This document shows positions 1 through 8,920 of a DNA stretch of 32,000 nt, piece after piece. Source of the DNA: Mycoplasma mobile 163K (GTDB lineage Bacteria; Bacillota_I; Bacilli_A; Mycoplasmatales; Metamycoplasmataceae); assembly GCF_000008365.1 (NCBI RefSeq), contig NC_006908.1:480001-512000 (forward strand). The letters are read 5' to 3'. The notes below the pieces were generated by a model. The model searched no databases, was not told the origin of the DNA, and saw nothing but the letters and a program-made list of their open reading frames with translations. Numbering within the stretch: the stretch's first letter is position 1; each line of letters begins with the position of its first letter. Made by a program: the position numbers and the translations under genes.

Positions 1-1070
1 CTTGCAGTGTCAAAAATATGTAGTTTATTTTTGTCAAAAGTAAAGGTATAATTTTTTTCAACTTGAATATTAGCAGAAGAGTGTAGTGATGCAACAAAAG
101 AATGCTTTCCATCAATTACAAAAAAAGCTTGTTTTTCTTTTCCTAAAATTTCTACAAACTCAGATTTTGCAATAATTTTATCTTCATTATTTTCCTTAGT
201 TAAATAAATATCTTCTGAACGAACACATAAAGTTATTTTTTTTGAACCTTTTATTTGAATTTTTTCATTATCACTATCATTTAATTTAATTTTTAAAATT
301 CCTGATTCACTAATAAAATAACCATTTTCATAACTACCTTCAAAAACATTAATTGTAGGATTTCCAATAAATTTAGCTACAAATAAATTTACTGGTTTAT
401 TGTATAAGTCTAATGGTTTTCCAATTTGCTGAATTTTAGAATTATTCATAACAACAATTTTTGTACCCATAGTCATAGCTTCTAGTTGATCATGCGTTAC
501 ATAAATAGTTGTAGATTCTAATAATCTATGAATTCTTACTAATTCAATTCTCATTGATTCACGTAATTTAGCATCAAGATTAGAAAGAGGCTCATCCATT
601 AAAAATAACTTAGGTTTTCTAGCTATTGCTCTACCTAATGCAACTCTTTGACGTTGACCTCCAGAGATATCTGAAGGTTTATTTGAAAGATACTCAGAAA
701 TTTGTAAAATTTTTGCAATGTCTTTAACTCTTCTATCAATTACATCTTTTCTTTCTTTTCTTACTTTAAGACCAAAAGCAATATTTTGATAAACAGTCAT
801 GTGTGGGTATAAAGCATAAGATTGAAATACCATAGCGATATCTCTATCTTTTGGACTTAGACCATTAACTCTTATTCCATCAAAAACTAAATCACCTTTT
901 GTGATTGAATTTAGGCCTGCTATCATTCTTAAAAGTGTACTTTTACCACATCCAGAAGGACCTAAAATGATTAAGAAGTCATTATCATCAATAGAGAGAT
1001 TTATGTTCTCCAAAGTATAATTTTCTCTTCCTTCATATTTTTTTGCAATATTTCTTAATTCTATTTTCAT
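1..1070 (-). CDS. Sugar ABC transporter ATP-binding protein (MalK/MsmK/UgpC family); 3' end runs off the window
   Basis: ATG at 1068-1070. Translation MKIELRNIAKKYEG...ILGPSGCGKSTLLRMIAG (Walker A), DISGGQRQRVALGRA (ABC signature), LFLMDEPLSNLD (Walker B), YVTHDQ (H-loop). The frame is open to base 1 with no stop of any kind, which is why it is missing from the ORF track. Confidence 0.93.
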   Translation of the reverse strand, partial: MKIELRNIAKKYEGRENYTLENINLSIDDNDFLIILGPSGCGKSTLLRMIAGLNSITKGDLVFDGIRVNGLSPKDRDIAMVFQSYALYPHMTVYQNIAFGLKVRKERKDVIDRRVKDIAKILQISEYLSNKPSDISGGQRQRVALGRAIARKPKLFLMDEPLSNLDAKLRESMRIELVRIHRLLESTTIYVTHDQLEAMTMGTKIVVMNNSKIQQIGKPLDLYNKPVNLFVAKFIGNPTINVFEGSYENGYFISESGILKIKLNDSDNEKIQIKGSKKITLCVRSEDIYLTKENNEDKIIAKSEFVEILGKEKQAFFVIDGKHSFVASLHSSANIQVEKNYTFTFDKNKLHIFDTA

Positions 1071-1080
1071 AATATCTCCT

Positions 1081-2793
1081 TTATTTTACAGCCCCTGATG
1101 TTAATCCACCTACAATAAATCTTTGTGCAAAAACAAATAATAAAGTAATAGGAATGGAAGTGATGATTGCTCCTGCAAGATATTCATATTGGAATATAGG
1201 TGCTCCTGGAGAAGTTGAAATTACAAGTGTTCTTAAACCAGCAGCTATTGTTAATTGCTTAACTGATGCTAATGATCCATCAGATAATAGAATTGGCAAG
1301 ATAATATCTCCAAATGGTCCTATGAAAGATCATAGTGCAACAATTGCAATAATTGGTTTTGCTAATGGAACTAGTATACTTCTAAAAACTTTTAAATTAG
1401 ATGAACCATCAATTTTTGCTGCTTCATCTAAATCTCTTGGTATTGAATCCATATAACCTTTTATAACAAATGTATTCCCTGTGATTGCTCCACCACTATA
1501 AATTATAATCAAGAATATTAATAGAGGTAATTGGGTTAATTGAAATAAAACTAAAAATGCAGTTAAAGATGCAACAGAAGGAACAAGTTGTAAAACTAAA
1601 ATAATAATTAATGAACTACTTTTACCCTTAAATCTAAATCTTGAAAAAGCATAAGCTAGAAATGTTGTAAAAAGCACTGTGATAATCATTGTTGAAATAG
1701 CAACTATGATTGAATTTCCTAATCATAAACCAAAATCTGTTTGTGTAAATAATTTCTCATAGTGTATAAATGAAAAACCTCCTCCTATATTTTCATTATC
1801 TCCTAGAGTATTAACCCCTGATCCATCAAAAGATAATATTAAAATTTGGAAAATAGGAAACAAAATAATAATAGCTCAAATGATAATTGTTATGTAATTA
1901 AAAATTAATGAAATTACTCCAGAAGGTTTTAAAGGAGCTAAATCAGAAAGAGAAATTTTATCATCAGTTTCTGAAATATGTGTTTGAAATTCTGCATAAT
2001 TATCAATGATTTTTTCTGAATAAAAGCCTACTTTTTCATACTTACTAGCAACTTCTTTTGAAATTAAATCAAAAGATAAATTTTTAGCAAGTGAATCATT
2101 TTTTTCACTTTTGATGTAACTACTAATTTCATTGAACAATACTTGATATTGCGCTAAATATAAATATGCTTGTTCTAAATCATTTTGATTTTTGCCTGTT
2201 ATTTTAAATACTTCATTTGAAATGATTTTTGATAAGTATTGAATTTTATTTCAAAATAAATTTCTAATCTTATCGATTTTTTTGTCAATTATTGTTTGAC
2301 TTATTTTTGCATATTTTTCTAAATCAAAAAATAATGATTTAAGCTCTTTTGCAAATTCATCTGAATATTTATTTGCTAAATAAATAGCAAAATTCTCCAA
2401 ATCTTTACTTACTAATTGCAATGATTTTCTCAATCCTCTAAATTGAATTGGGTATAGAGAAACAATTGAAGCTATTTTTATAGCACTTAAAAAATTAATA
2501 ATTCTAGGATTACTTTTAGTTTTTTTGTTTTTAAAAATTTCTTGTGTAAAAATAGTTAAAAAATTTCTCGTATCAGATTTATTTAAAAGTTTTTTTATTT
2601 CACTCATCATTTTAAAATTTAACTTTTCTTTTTGTTTAAAAATAGTTAATTCTGACTTTATGTTTTTTATTACATTATCACTTAAATCTAATCTAAAGGA
2701 TTTAACTTTTGAAGTTTTAAAAGGATTTAACTTTGAAAACATTTTATTTAATTCAAGATTTTGCATCTTGATTACATTTGCTTGTTTTAACAT
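1081..2793 (-). CDS. Sugar ABC transporter permease (MalG-like core) with a ~290-aa N-terminal soluble extension
   Basis: One frame is open from ATG 2791-2793 (AGGAG Shine-Dalgarno at 2798-2802) to TAA 1081-1083. ORF-track pieces 2251-2793, 1876-2139, 1330-1689 and 1081-1299 are all in this frame and are joined only by TGA codons; I translated the gaps and found them open. EAA loop: DSIPRDLDEAAKIDGSSNLKVFRSILVPLAKP. The first TM segment (GVISLIFNYITIIIWAIIILFPIF) appears only near 1930. Confidence 0.85.
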
Positions 2794-5462
2794 TATGCTC
2801 CTTTTTCTTTAAATGATTTACTACGTATAAATACAATAGATGAAATCACTACAATAAATACTGATACTAATAGAGTAAATGCTGATGCTAAAGCAATTCT
2901 ATTAGGGGCTGTTGTTGTTAATTTAAAAATTAATGAAATAATAATATCTGTTGCGCCAGGACTCCCAGCAAGTGATTGCCCAACTGCTGGTCCTCCACCA
3001 TTAAATAGGAAAATTACTCCAAAGTTATTAAAGTTAAAAACAATTTGACCTATTAATAATGGTAATATTTGAACAAGAATTATAGGTGCAGTAATTTTAA
3101 CAAATTGTTTTCATTTTGAAGCTCCATCAATAGATGCTGCTTCATAAAAATCATTAGAAATACTTTTCTTTACTCCTGAAATTAATAGGAATATATAAGA
3201 ATGTCCTAATCATATTTGAATTAAAATAACAGTTAATCTTGCCCAAAATTATGAACCTTGGAAATCTATTGTTGTTCCAAAAATTTGATTATATATACCT
3301 GAAGTTCCATTCCCAAAAGCAATTGAGAAAAATAGAATTGTGGCAAATGCTGGAATAGCTCATGGCAATACATAAATTGTAGATCAAATAATTTTACCTT
3401 TAATTCTTTTATTATCAACAATAATTGCTAATAGTGTTCCGATAAATATAACACCTAAAGAAACTGAAACAGTTCAAATTATAGTTCAACTTGTAACAAA
3501 GGCAATACTTGGACCAAAATCACCTGTAAATATTCTATCAAAATTACTAAAACCAACTCAGTTTAATGGATTGGTAATACCAGGTATTCCAATTCGAATT
3601 CCATAATCTGTAAAGGCAAGTAATATTGTTGCCATTAAAGGTAGAATAACAATTAGTGCTATTAAAACAAAAGCAGGTGTTAAGATAATTAAAGGAGAAC
3701 CATTATTCGCTAAATAATTTCTTAAGTGTCTACTATTTTTTGATCTTATTCCTTGAGATAACCATTTACCAGTGATATAAGCATCTCTCATAGTTGTTAA
3801 AATAATTACTAAACTTACAGATAAAGTCATAATAGCAATTATTCCTTCAATTAATCTGAATCGAGCATCTAAAAATATATCACCTAGTATTATTCCTCCT
3901 ACATTAGGAGAAAGAATCCCTAAACCAAAAACACCATCACCTTCTGAAGATCCTATTCAACCAAATGTTAAAGGTATTAGAAAAGCTCACATAAAAACAG
4001 AAATTGCTAAAATAATTGCACCTTTTACATATTGTCTATTTAAAAGTTGTCCTAGACCTGGAAGTAAAAATGAAAAGAGCATAGCTATTCATTTTTGATA
4101 TTTTGGCATTTTAGTAGGAATATTTTTCTGAGCATCATCAATTGTTGAGTTCATTATTTTGTATTCTTTTTCAATTTGTCTTTTTTTATCAATATATAAA
4201 AATTTCAATTTTTCACTTGCTATTAAATATTGATTAATTAAGCATGCTGAATTTCTTTCGAATTTCAATTGCTTTTTAGCAGATATAATAGAATTCTTTT
4301 TAGATGATTTAGAAAATTTACCCATTGAATAATCTTTTTTAATTCTCATAATTTCTTTTATGTAATTATTTTTTGCAATTATTTTTTGTTTTTGAATTTG
4401 CAAAACAATTTCAGGAGATTTTTTAGGAGTATTTGCTAATTCTTTTTTTGCATATTCAATTTGACTTTTATAATTTTCTAAAATTGACAAAACTTTAATT
4501 TCATGTTCTAGTTTCACTGAATATTCTAAAATCTTCAATTTTGAATTAAAACTATTATCAGACATTTTTTGATAAACACTTAATTTTGCTTTGATATATT
4601 CAATTTTTGCTTTTTGTTCTTTAAAAGGTTCATTTTTAAATTTTTTTAAAAAGCTTCTTCTTGAAGAAATTTTTCTCAATTTTTTTACTTTGTTTTGAGA
4701 AATTTTTTCTTCAATTATTGGTTCAAAAAAAGCATTTAAATAAATTTTTTTCTTTAATAAGTTTTTTTGTGAAATTCTAGCTTCAGAAATTAAACAGTGT
4801 TTTTCTTTTCACAATTCAGCATATGTTTTTCTTTTAAGTCAAAAATTCTTAATTCTATATTTTACTAGTTTAGATAGAAAAATATTCCTTTCCAATTTTA
4901 GTTTCTTTTTTTGATAATTCAATTTACTTTTTAGTGTTGTTTTATTTTTTTGAATTTGACTTTTTAAATCATTTTCAAGAGAATAAATTTTTTTATCAAT
5001 ATCTACTTTGCTTTCGTATTTATTCAATTCTTCTCTTTTTTGTTTGTAGATTTGTTCTAAATCATCAAGAGTTTGACTTAATTTCAATTTGTCATCTATT
5101 GAAAAATAGGCTAAACTTTTTTCTTGCTCTAATTTTTCATTTAAAACTTTAATTGAGTTTTTAATAAAAATAGATTTTTTTGAATCAAGCAAAATTTGCT
5201 TTTCTTTTAAGAAATTTCTTTTCAAAACATCAAATTCTATTTTACTGTTTTCTTTTAGTTTTATTAAAGCAAGTTTGGATTTAGTGTAACTAGATTTAAT
5301 AGAATAGTAATCTTTTTTAACTAATTCTTTATTAGTTTTTTTAAAGATATCTTTTTTAATTTTATTACCATTTAAAGAACTTTTAATATCAGCTTTAAGA
5401 GCAATTGCTTCATATTCATTTTTATCAGCATATTTTAAATTTAAATTTTTAATGAATTCCAT
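2793..5462 (-). pseudogene. MalF-like sugar ABC permease with a ~457-aa N-terminal extension, interrupted by one in-frame TAA (candidate pseudogene or sequencing error)
   Basis: ATG 5460-5462 with GGGAGGT Shine-Dalgarno (5471-5477). One frame runs to TAA 2793-2795, which overlaps the next ATG as TAATG. ORF-track pieces 4839-5462, 4089-4679 and 3558-3830 are in frame and joined by TGA. The core is conserved: YVLPWAIPAFATILFF..., IQIWLGHSYIFLLISGVKKSISNDFYEAASIDGASKWKQFVKITAPIIL. A genuine TAA at 3249-3251 (...TTIDFQGS*FWARLTVIL...) leaves a 737-codon N-terminal reading frame (3249-5462 with the stop). The EAA-loop portion lies downstream of it. Confidence 0.7.
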
Positions 5463-5463
5463 T

Positions 5464-5895
5464 TTATTTAACCTCCCATATTTTTTCTACTTCCATACTT
5501 CATTTATCACAATTAGGGCAAAATAGATTTTCATTCATTTTTTGTACTATTAAAGCCTGCGCATTTTCATATTCTCTTTTATATAATTTTCCATCAATTT
5601 TTAAAAATAACATGGGCAAATATTTGGTACTTTTTTCCACATAAAAAGTATTAATGTAAAAAGAAGCAGATTCTAAAATATTATTTTTTAATAATTCAAT
5701 TTCACCTTCAAATAAGTTATCGATTAATAATTTTTTTTGCTCATTACTTAATTTTTTAAAAAAATCTTTTTCTTTAACAAGAAGATTTAAAACATCTTCG
5801 ACTTTTTGAGTTTGATTAAGCTTACCGTGTATAAATTCAATTTTTGTTTCACATTTAAAACACTTAGCATCTATTCTAAATGCCATTACTACCAT
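5464..5895 (-). CDS. Hypothetical zinc-ribbon-like protein (two CxxC pairs at opposite ends)
   Basis: The ORF-track piece 5500-5895 continues through TGA at 5500 to TAA 5464-5466. CFKC lies near the N-terminus and CPNC near the C-terminus. Alternative ATG starts are at 5893-5895 and 5884-5886; the second avoids overlap with the upstream stop. I recognise no family. Confidence 0.6.
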
Positions 5896-6374
5896 CTTTC
5901 TTTATTTTTTAAATAAAAATTATTTTGGTGAAGTAAGACAAATAAATAAAATAAAGCAATAATAGCACCAATTGAAATTAATGTTGCAAAAATGCTATAT
6001 CATAATTCGTTTGTTAATAATCAAGAACTTAAAATATTTCCAATTCATAAGAAGGTTCAAAATATTACAAATACATAACCTACTTTTATCTTGCTATATC
6101 CAAAATAAGAATATATTCCGAAAAAAATTATAACTATTGAATTGACAAAAATTTTGACTATACTTTCTAGTTTGAAGCGATCAAATGCTTCAGTCATGCT
6201 TAAATTCTCTAATTTTTTTTGTATTATAAAACTATTTAATTGATCAGTAGATAGTAAAGAAACAAGACCTGAAATTACAATTAAAATCACTGAAATTAAA
6301 GAGATACTAAGAAAAGAATAAAACAAAATGTTATTTAAGTTAACTTTGCTTTGTGATTGTGTAAAAAAATTCAT
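5889..6374 (-). CDS. Hypothetical small integral membrane protein (~161 aa, about 4 hydrophobic segments)
   Basis: ATG 6372-6374. ORF-track piece 6057-6374 continues through TGA codons at 6057, 6045, 6021 and 6000 to TAG 5889-5891. Hydrophobic stretches include ILFYSFLSISLISVILIVISGLV, IVIIFFGIYSYF, VFVIFWTFLWIG and IFATLISIGAIIALFYLFVLL. No convincing Shine-Dalgarno sequence. Confidence 0.55.
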
Positions 6375-6392
6375 TTTATTATTGTTGTTCTA

Positions 6393-7877
6393 CTATTCAT
6401 TATTTGATCTATTAATATTTTGTTTAAAAACATTATAAAAAGCATCAGCTGTACTAAATGTTGCAGCAGAAAGTCCAAGTTCATCTCAAAATTGTCAATA
6501 TCTTCCAAATTTAGCAATAGTTGGTAAAGGAACATTATTTTTACTTTGATCTGATACTGATGATATAACACTTGTATAAAGTGCTGAAAGAGAATCAGCA
6601 AAACCTGTTGTAGATACTCAATCAGATAAATTAAGTTTGGAACCATTTGGATTAGTTGGATCAGTTAATTGAATAGAATTAATTATATCGGCTGATAAGT
6701 TAACATTAGCTCCTTCAGTTGCGGAAATTCTACCTGTATTTAGAAATCAATCAGTTGCTAAATCTTTAGAAGTAATGGCAGCTAAAATTCTTTTTGATAA
6801 GTCCAATTTTTTTTGTATTGCAGCAGTATTAGTTGCTCCTAATTTAGCTAAACCAGCTCTATTAAGACTATAACTTCATCCGCTTAGAAAATGAGATGCA
6901 TTTTTATTAGCAACTTTTGGCAAAATTGCAGTTTTTATATTTTGCAACATTGTTACCGCAGCTGCTTTATTAGTTTGATTAGCAAGTAAAATTCTTCCTA
7001 CTAAATCATTTATCATCCAAGGCCCTTCAATTGTAGAAGCTACATCACCTGAAGCTAATCCTTGTCTAATGATTGTATTTCTATCTGAACCTTGAGCTTT
7101 ATTTGCAAAATTTTGGTAACTAGTATTTGTTGATTTTCTTAAATTATTATTATATTCTCATAATTTAGTAACAGTTGATTTAATTTGTGTAGCAATATTA
7201 GTTTGATCTAAAAAAGGTGCTGTTACAGTCGTTCCTTCTTGTTTAATAAATGCTGATGAACCATCAACATACTCTGCAGGACTTAATGTTGCTCCTGCGT
7301 CTTTAAATGTAGATAGTAAAACAGATGATGCATGTCACATATCTGAATATTGTGTTAAAAAGTTTTTTTGATCATTTATATTAGTCGCAATTGCATCTTC
7401 ATAATTTAATCAACCTGTTTCATTTCCGATTAAATTTTTATTAAATATCTGAATTACTGATTCAACATTTAGTGTATATGAATAATTTTTTCCATTAACT
7501 ACACCAAAATTTGTTGTAAATGTAGGAATAGTTCCTAAATCTTGTACTATATTTGACTCAACTAATTGTGAATATCTATCTGCAGGAGCTACAAAAAGAT
7601 CTGCAGCATCTGTTGGTCTAAGAATTACTGTTTCTAATAAATATTGAAGTGAACCTTCATTGGGAATCGGAACTAAATCGACAAGCGCTCTATCTTCAGC
7701 ACTTAAACTATTAAGTCCTTTTAAAATAACTGGTCTTCATGGTTCTTCAAAAGAAAGTTTTACTCTTTCATTTGCTTGAGAGGTTCCGGTTGTTGTGCCA
7801 CAAGCTACTACAGCTAATGGAGTTATTAATGAAATCGCTCCTGCTGTTCCAAAAATAATTTTATTCCTCTTTTTCAT
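6393..7877 (-). CDS. Sugar/maltodextrin ABC transporter substrate-binding lipoprotein, paralog A (494 aa)
   Basis: ATG 7875-7877 with AAGGAG 11 nt upstream (7889-7894). Signal peptide plus lipobox: MKKRNKIIFGTAGAISLITPLAVVAC. I translated the whole gene and it is open except for TGA=Trp. Double stop TAG TAG at 6393-6395 and 6390-6392. MalE-like features: PADRYSQL, EGPWMINDL, FLSGWSYSLN. It is invisible in the ORF track because of frequent TGA codons. Confidence 0.88.
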
Positions 7878-7932
7878 TATGTTATTTTCTCCTTGATTAT
7901 TGATATATAAAATACTAATATATCATATATAT

Positions 7933-7938
7933 ATTATA
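7933..7938 (-). promoter_or_regulatory. Candidate -10 box (TATAAT) for lipoprotein gene A
   Basis: The minus strand reads GGGGTATAATATATATATG, about 55 nt upstream of ATG 7877 and upstream of the AAGGAG Shine-Dalgarno sequence. A weak TTCACT lies about 19 nt further upstream. Confidence 0.4.
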
Positions 7939-7995
7939 CCCCTACTGAATAATCATTAGTGAAAAACTTCAAAAAATAATTGCAAAATGAACTAT

Positions 7996-8029
7996 TTTTT
8001 TGCACAAAATAAAGTTTTTGTGCAAAAAA
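7996..8029. promoter_or_regulatory. Perfect 14-bp inverted repeat with 6-nt spacer upstream of lipoprotein gene A only
   Basis: ttttttgcacaaaa (7996-8009), taaagt, ttttgtgcaaaaaa (8016-8029). The equivalent position in unit B (about 10494-10525) reads tttttgcataaaataaagttttagcgcgaaa and cannot pair. Confidence 0.45.
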
Positions 8030-8053
8030 GTTATTAAATATTTAAAATTAGTC

Positions 8054-8076
8054 AAAAAAATGCAAATATTGCATTT
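8054..8076 (-). terminator. Duplicate of the GH65-stop hairpin/palindrome in unit A
   Basis: aaatgcaaatattgcattt at 8058-8076, preceded on the plus strand by an A-run at 8054-8057. Identical core to 10553-10571. Confidence 0.35.
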
Positions 8077-8912
8077 ATTTTATTATTTTAAAAGTTTGAT
8101 TCTCAAATTTATTATATTTTTCTGAAAGCATAACTTTTTTATTATTTACAAAAACTTCAATATCTTTGCCTTTAATTGTGATCTCAAATTTTTCTTCGAA
8201 TAGTTTTAATGCAATTAAAGTTTTTTTATTCGAACTGTGTATTCTAAACTTTTTCAATTCTCATTTAGTATTGGATTAAAATGAGCAATATCATTATAGT
8301 AATGAAATCCACCATATCCAAAAACAAATAATTGTCAAATAGCTGCTAGTGAACCTGCATGATAACCTGCATCTGAAGAGTGAAAATTAGTACCTAAATC
8401 AATTTGAAGAGCATATTCAAATAATTTATTAGCTATTTCAAGTTCTCTTAATTCAATACCTTTAAGTGCATAAGTAACTGCACTTAAAGAAGAATCATGT
8501 GTTGTCTTATCCAAATAGTATTTAAAGTTTTTTCTAATAACATCATCTGTAAAAAGTTCTTTGAAGATGTAAGTTGTTAAAACAACATCAGCTTGTTTTA
8601 CAAGTTGTCCACTTAATCTCTTAATACCTTCCATTGTATTAAATAACTTTTTACCAGCATCTCCTAAAAGTTGAAATTCACTTAAATCAAATTCAGGAAG
8701 TTTTAAAAATGTATCATTTCTGAATAATACTTTTATTATTTGGTTGTTGAATTTTAATTTTTGAAGCTACTTTTTTGATTAAAGATTTACTTACTTTATA
8801 AGGAATTCTTTTTAAAACATTTTCTAAAATATTTTTACCTTCAATTGTTTTTTCTAATTTATCAAAATATTTTAAAGCCAGTTCTAAATTTCTTTTTGCA
8901 ATTTGATTTGTA
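8075..8912 (-). pseudogene. 3' remnant of the GH65 glycoside phosphorylase gene (copy of 10570-11410), 5'-truncated and frameshifted
   Basis: Nearly identical by eye to the last ~840 bp of the intact gene at 10570-12969. It begins abruptly at the duplication junction 8912/8913. Relative to the intact copy it has three 1-nt deletions (about 8225, about 8719, about 8723). ORF-track fragments 8335-8634 and 8075-8257 lie in different frames. Confidence 0.85.
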
Positions 8913-8920
8913 TTGTTCTA

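Larger units (their letters stand above)
6385..8912. repeat. Tandem duplication unit A (~2528 bp): lipoprotein gene A, its upstream region, and the GH65 3' remnant
   Basis: Starts with ttgttctactattcattatttgat and ends with gcaatttgatttgta, the same edge sequences as unit B. Colinear with 8913-11410 throughout. Confidence 0.9.

Noticed and set aside
1154-1456. Plus-strand ORFs in the track (1154-1456, 2525-2812, 4934-5152, 12185-12373, 12593-12862, 18418-18639, 20997-21212).
   Set aside because: Each lies entirely antisense to a well-supported minus-strand gene with recognisable family motifs. Their translations are low-complexity F/L/I/K-rich strings typical of shadow ORFs in AT-rich DNA, and none has a Shine-Dalgarno sequence.
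4092-5462. Internal repeat structure within the permease N-terminal extension (e.g. KKKLKLERNIFLSKL versus KKQLKFERNSACLINQ, VKKDYYSIKSS versus IKKDYSMGKFSKSS).
   Set aside because: The matching snippets are short, lysine-rich and not colinear between the two halves. They cannot be told apart from compositional bias by eye.
6371-6646. 91-aa minus-strand ORF at the 3' end of lipoprotein gene A.
   Set aside because: It is out of frame with the lipoprotein coding sequence that I translated end to end (…FGRYWQFWDELGLSAATFSTADAFYNVFKQNINRSNNE*). Its product (MVPNLIYLIEYLQQVLLILFQHF…) has no recognisable features, so it is a frame artefact.
8075-8257. 60-aa ORF that could be called a small gene.
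   Set aside because: It is the C-terminal tail of the duplicated GH65 fragment and nearly identical to 10570-10750 of the intact gene. Its apparent start is a TTG created by the frameshift context.
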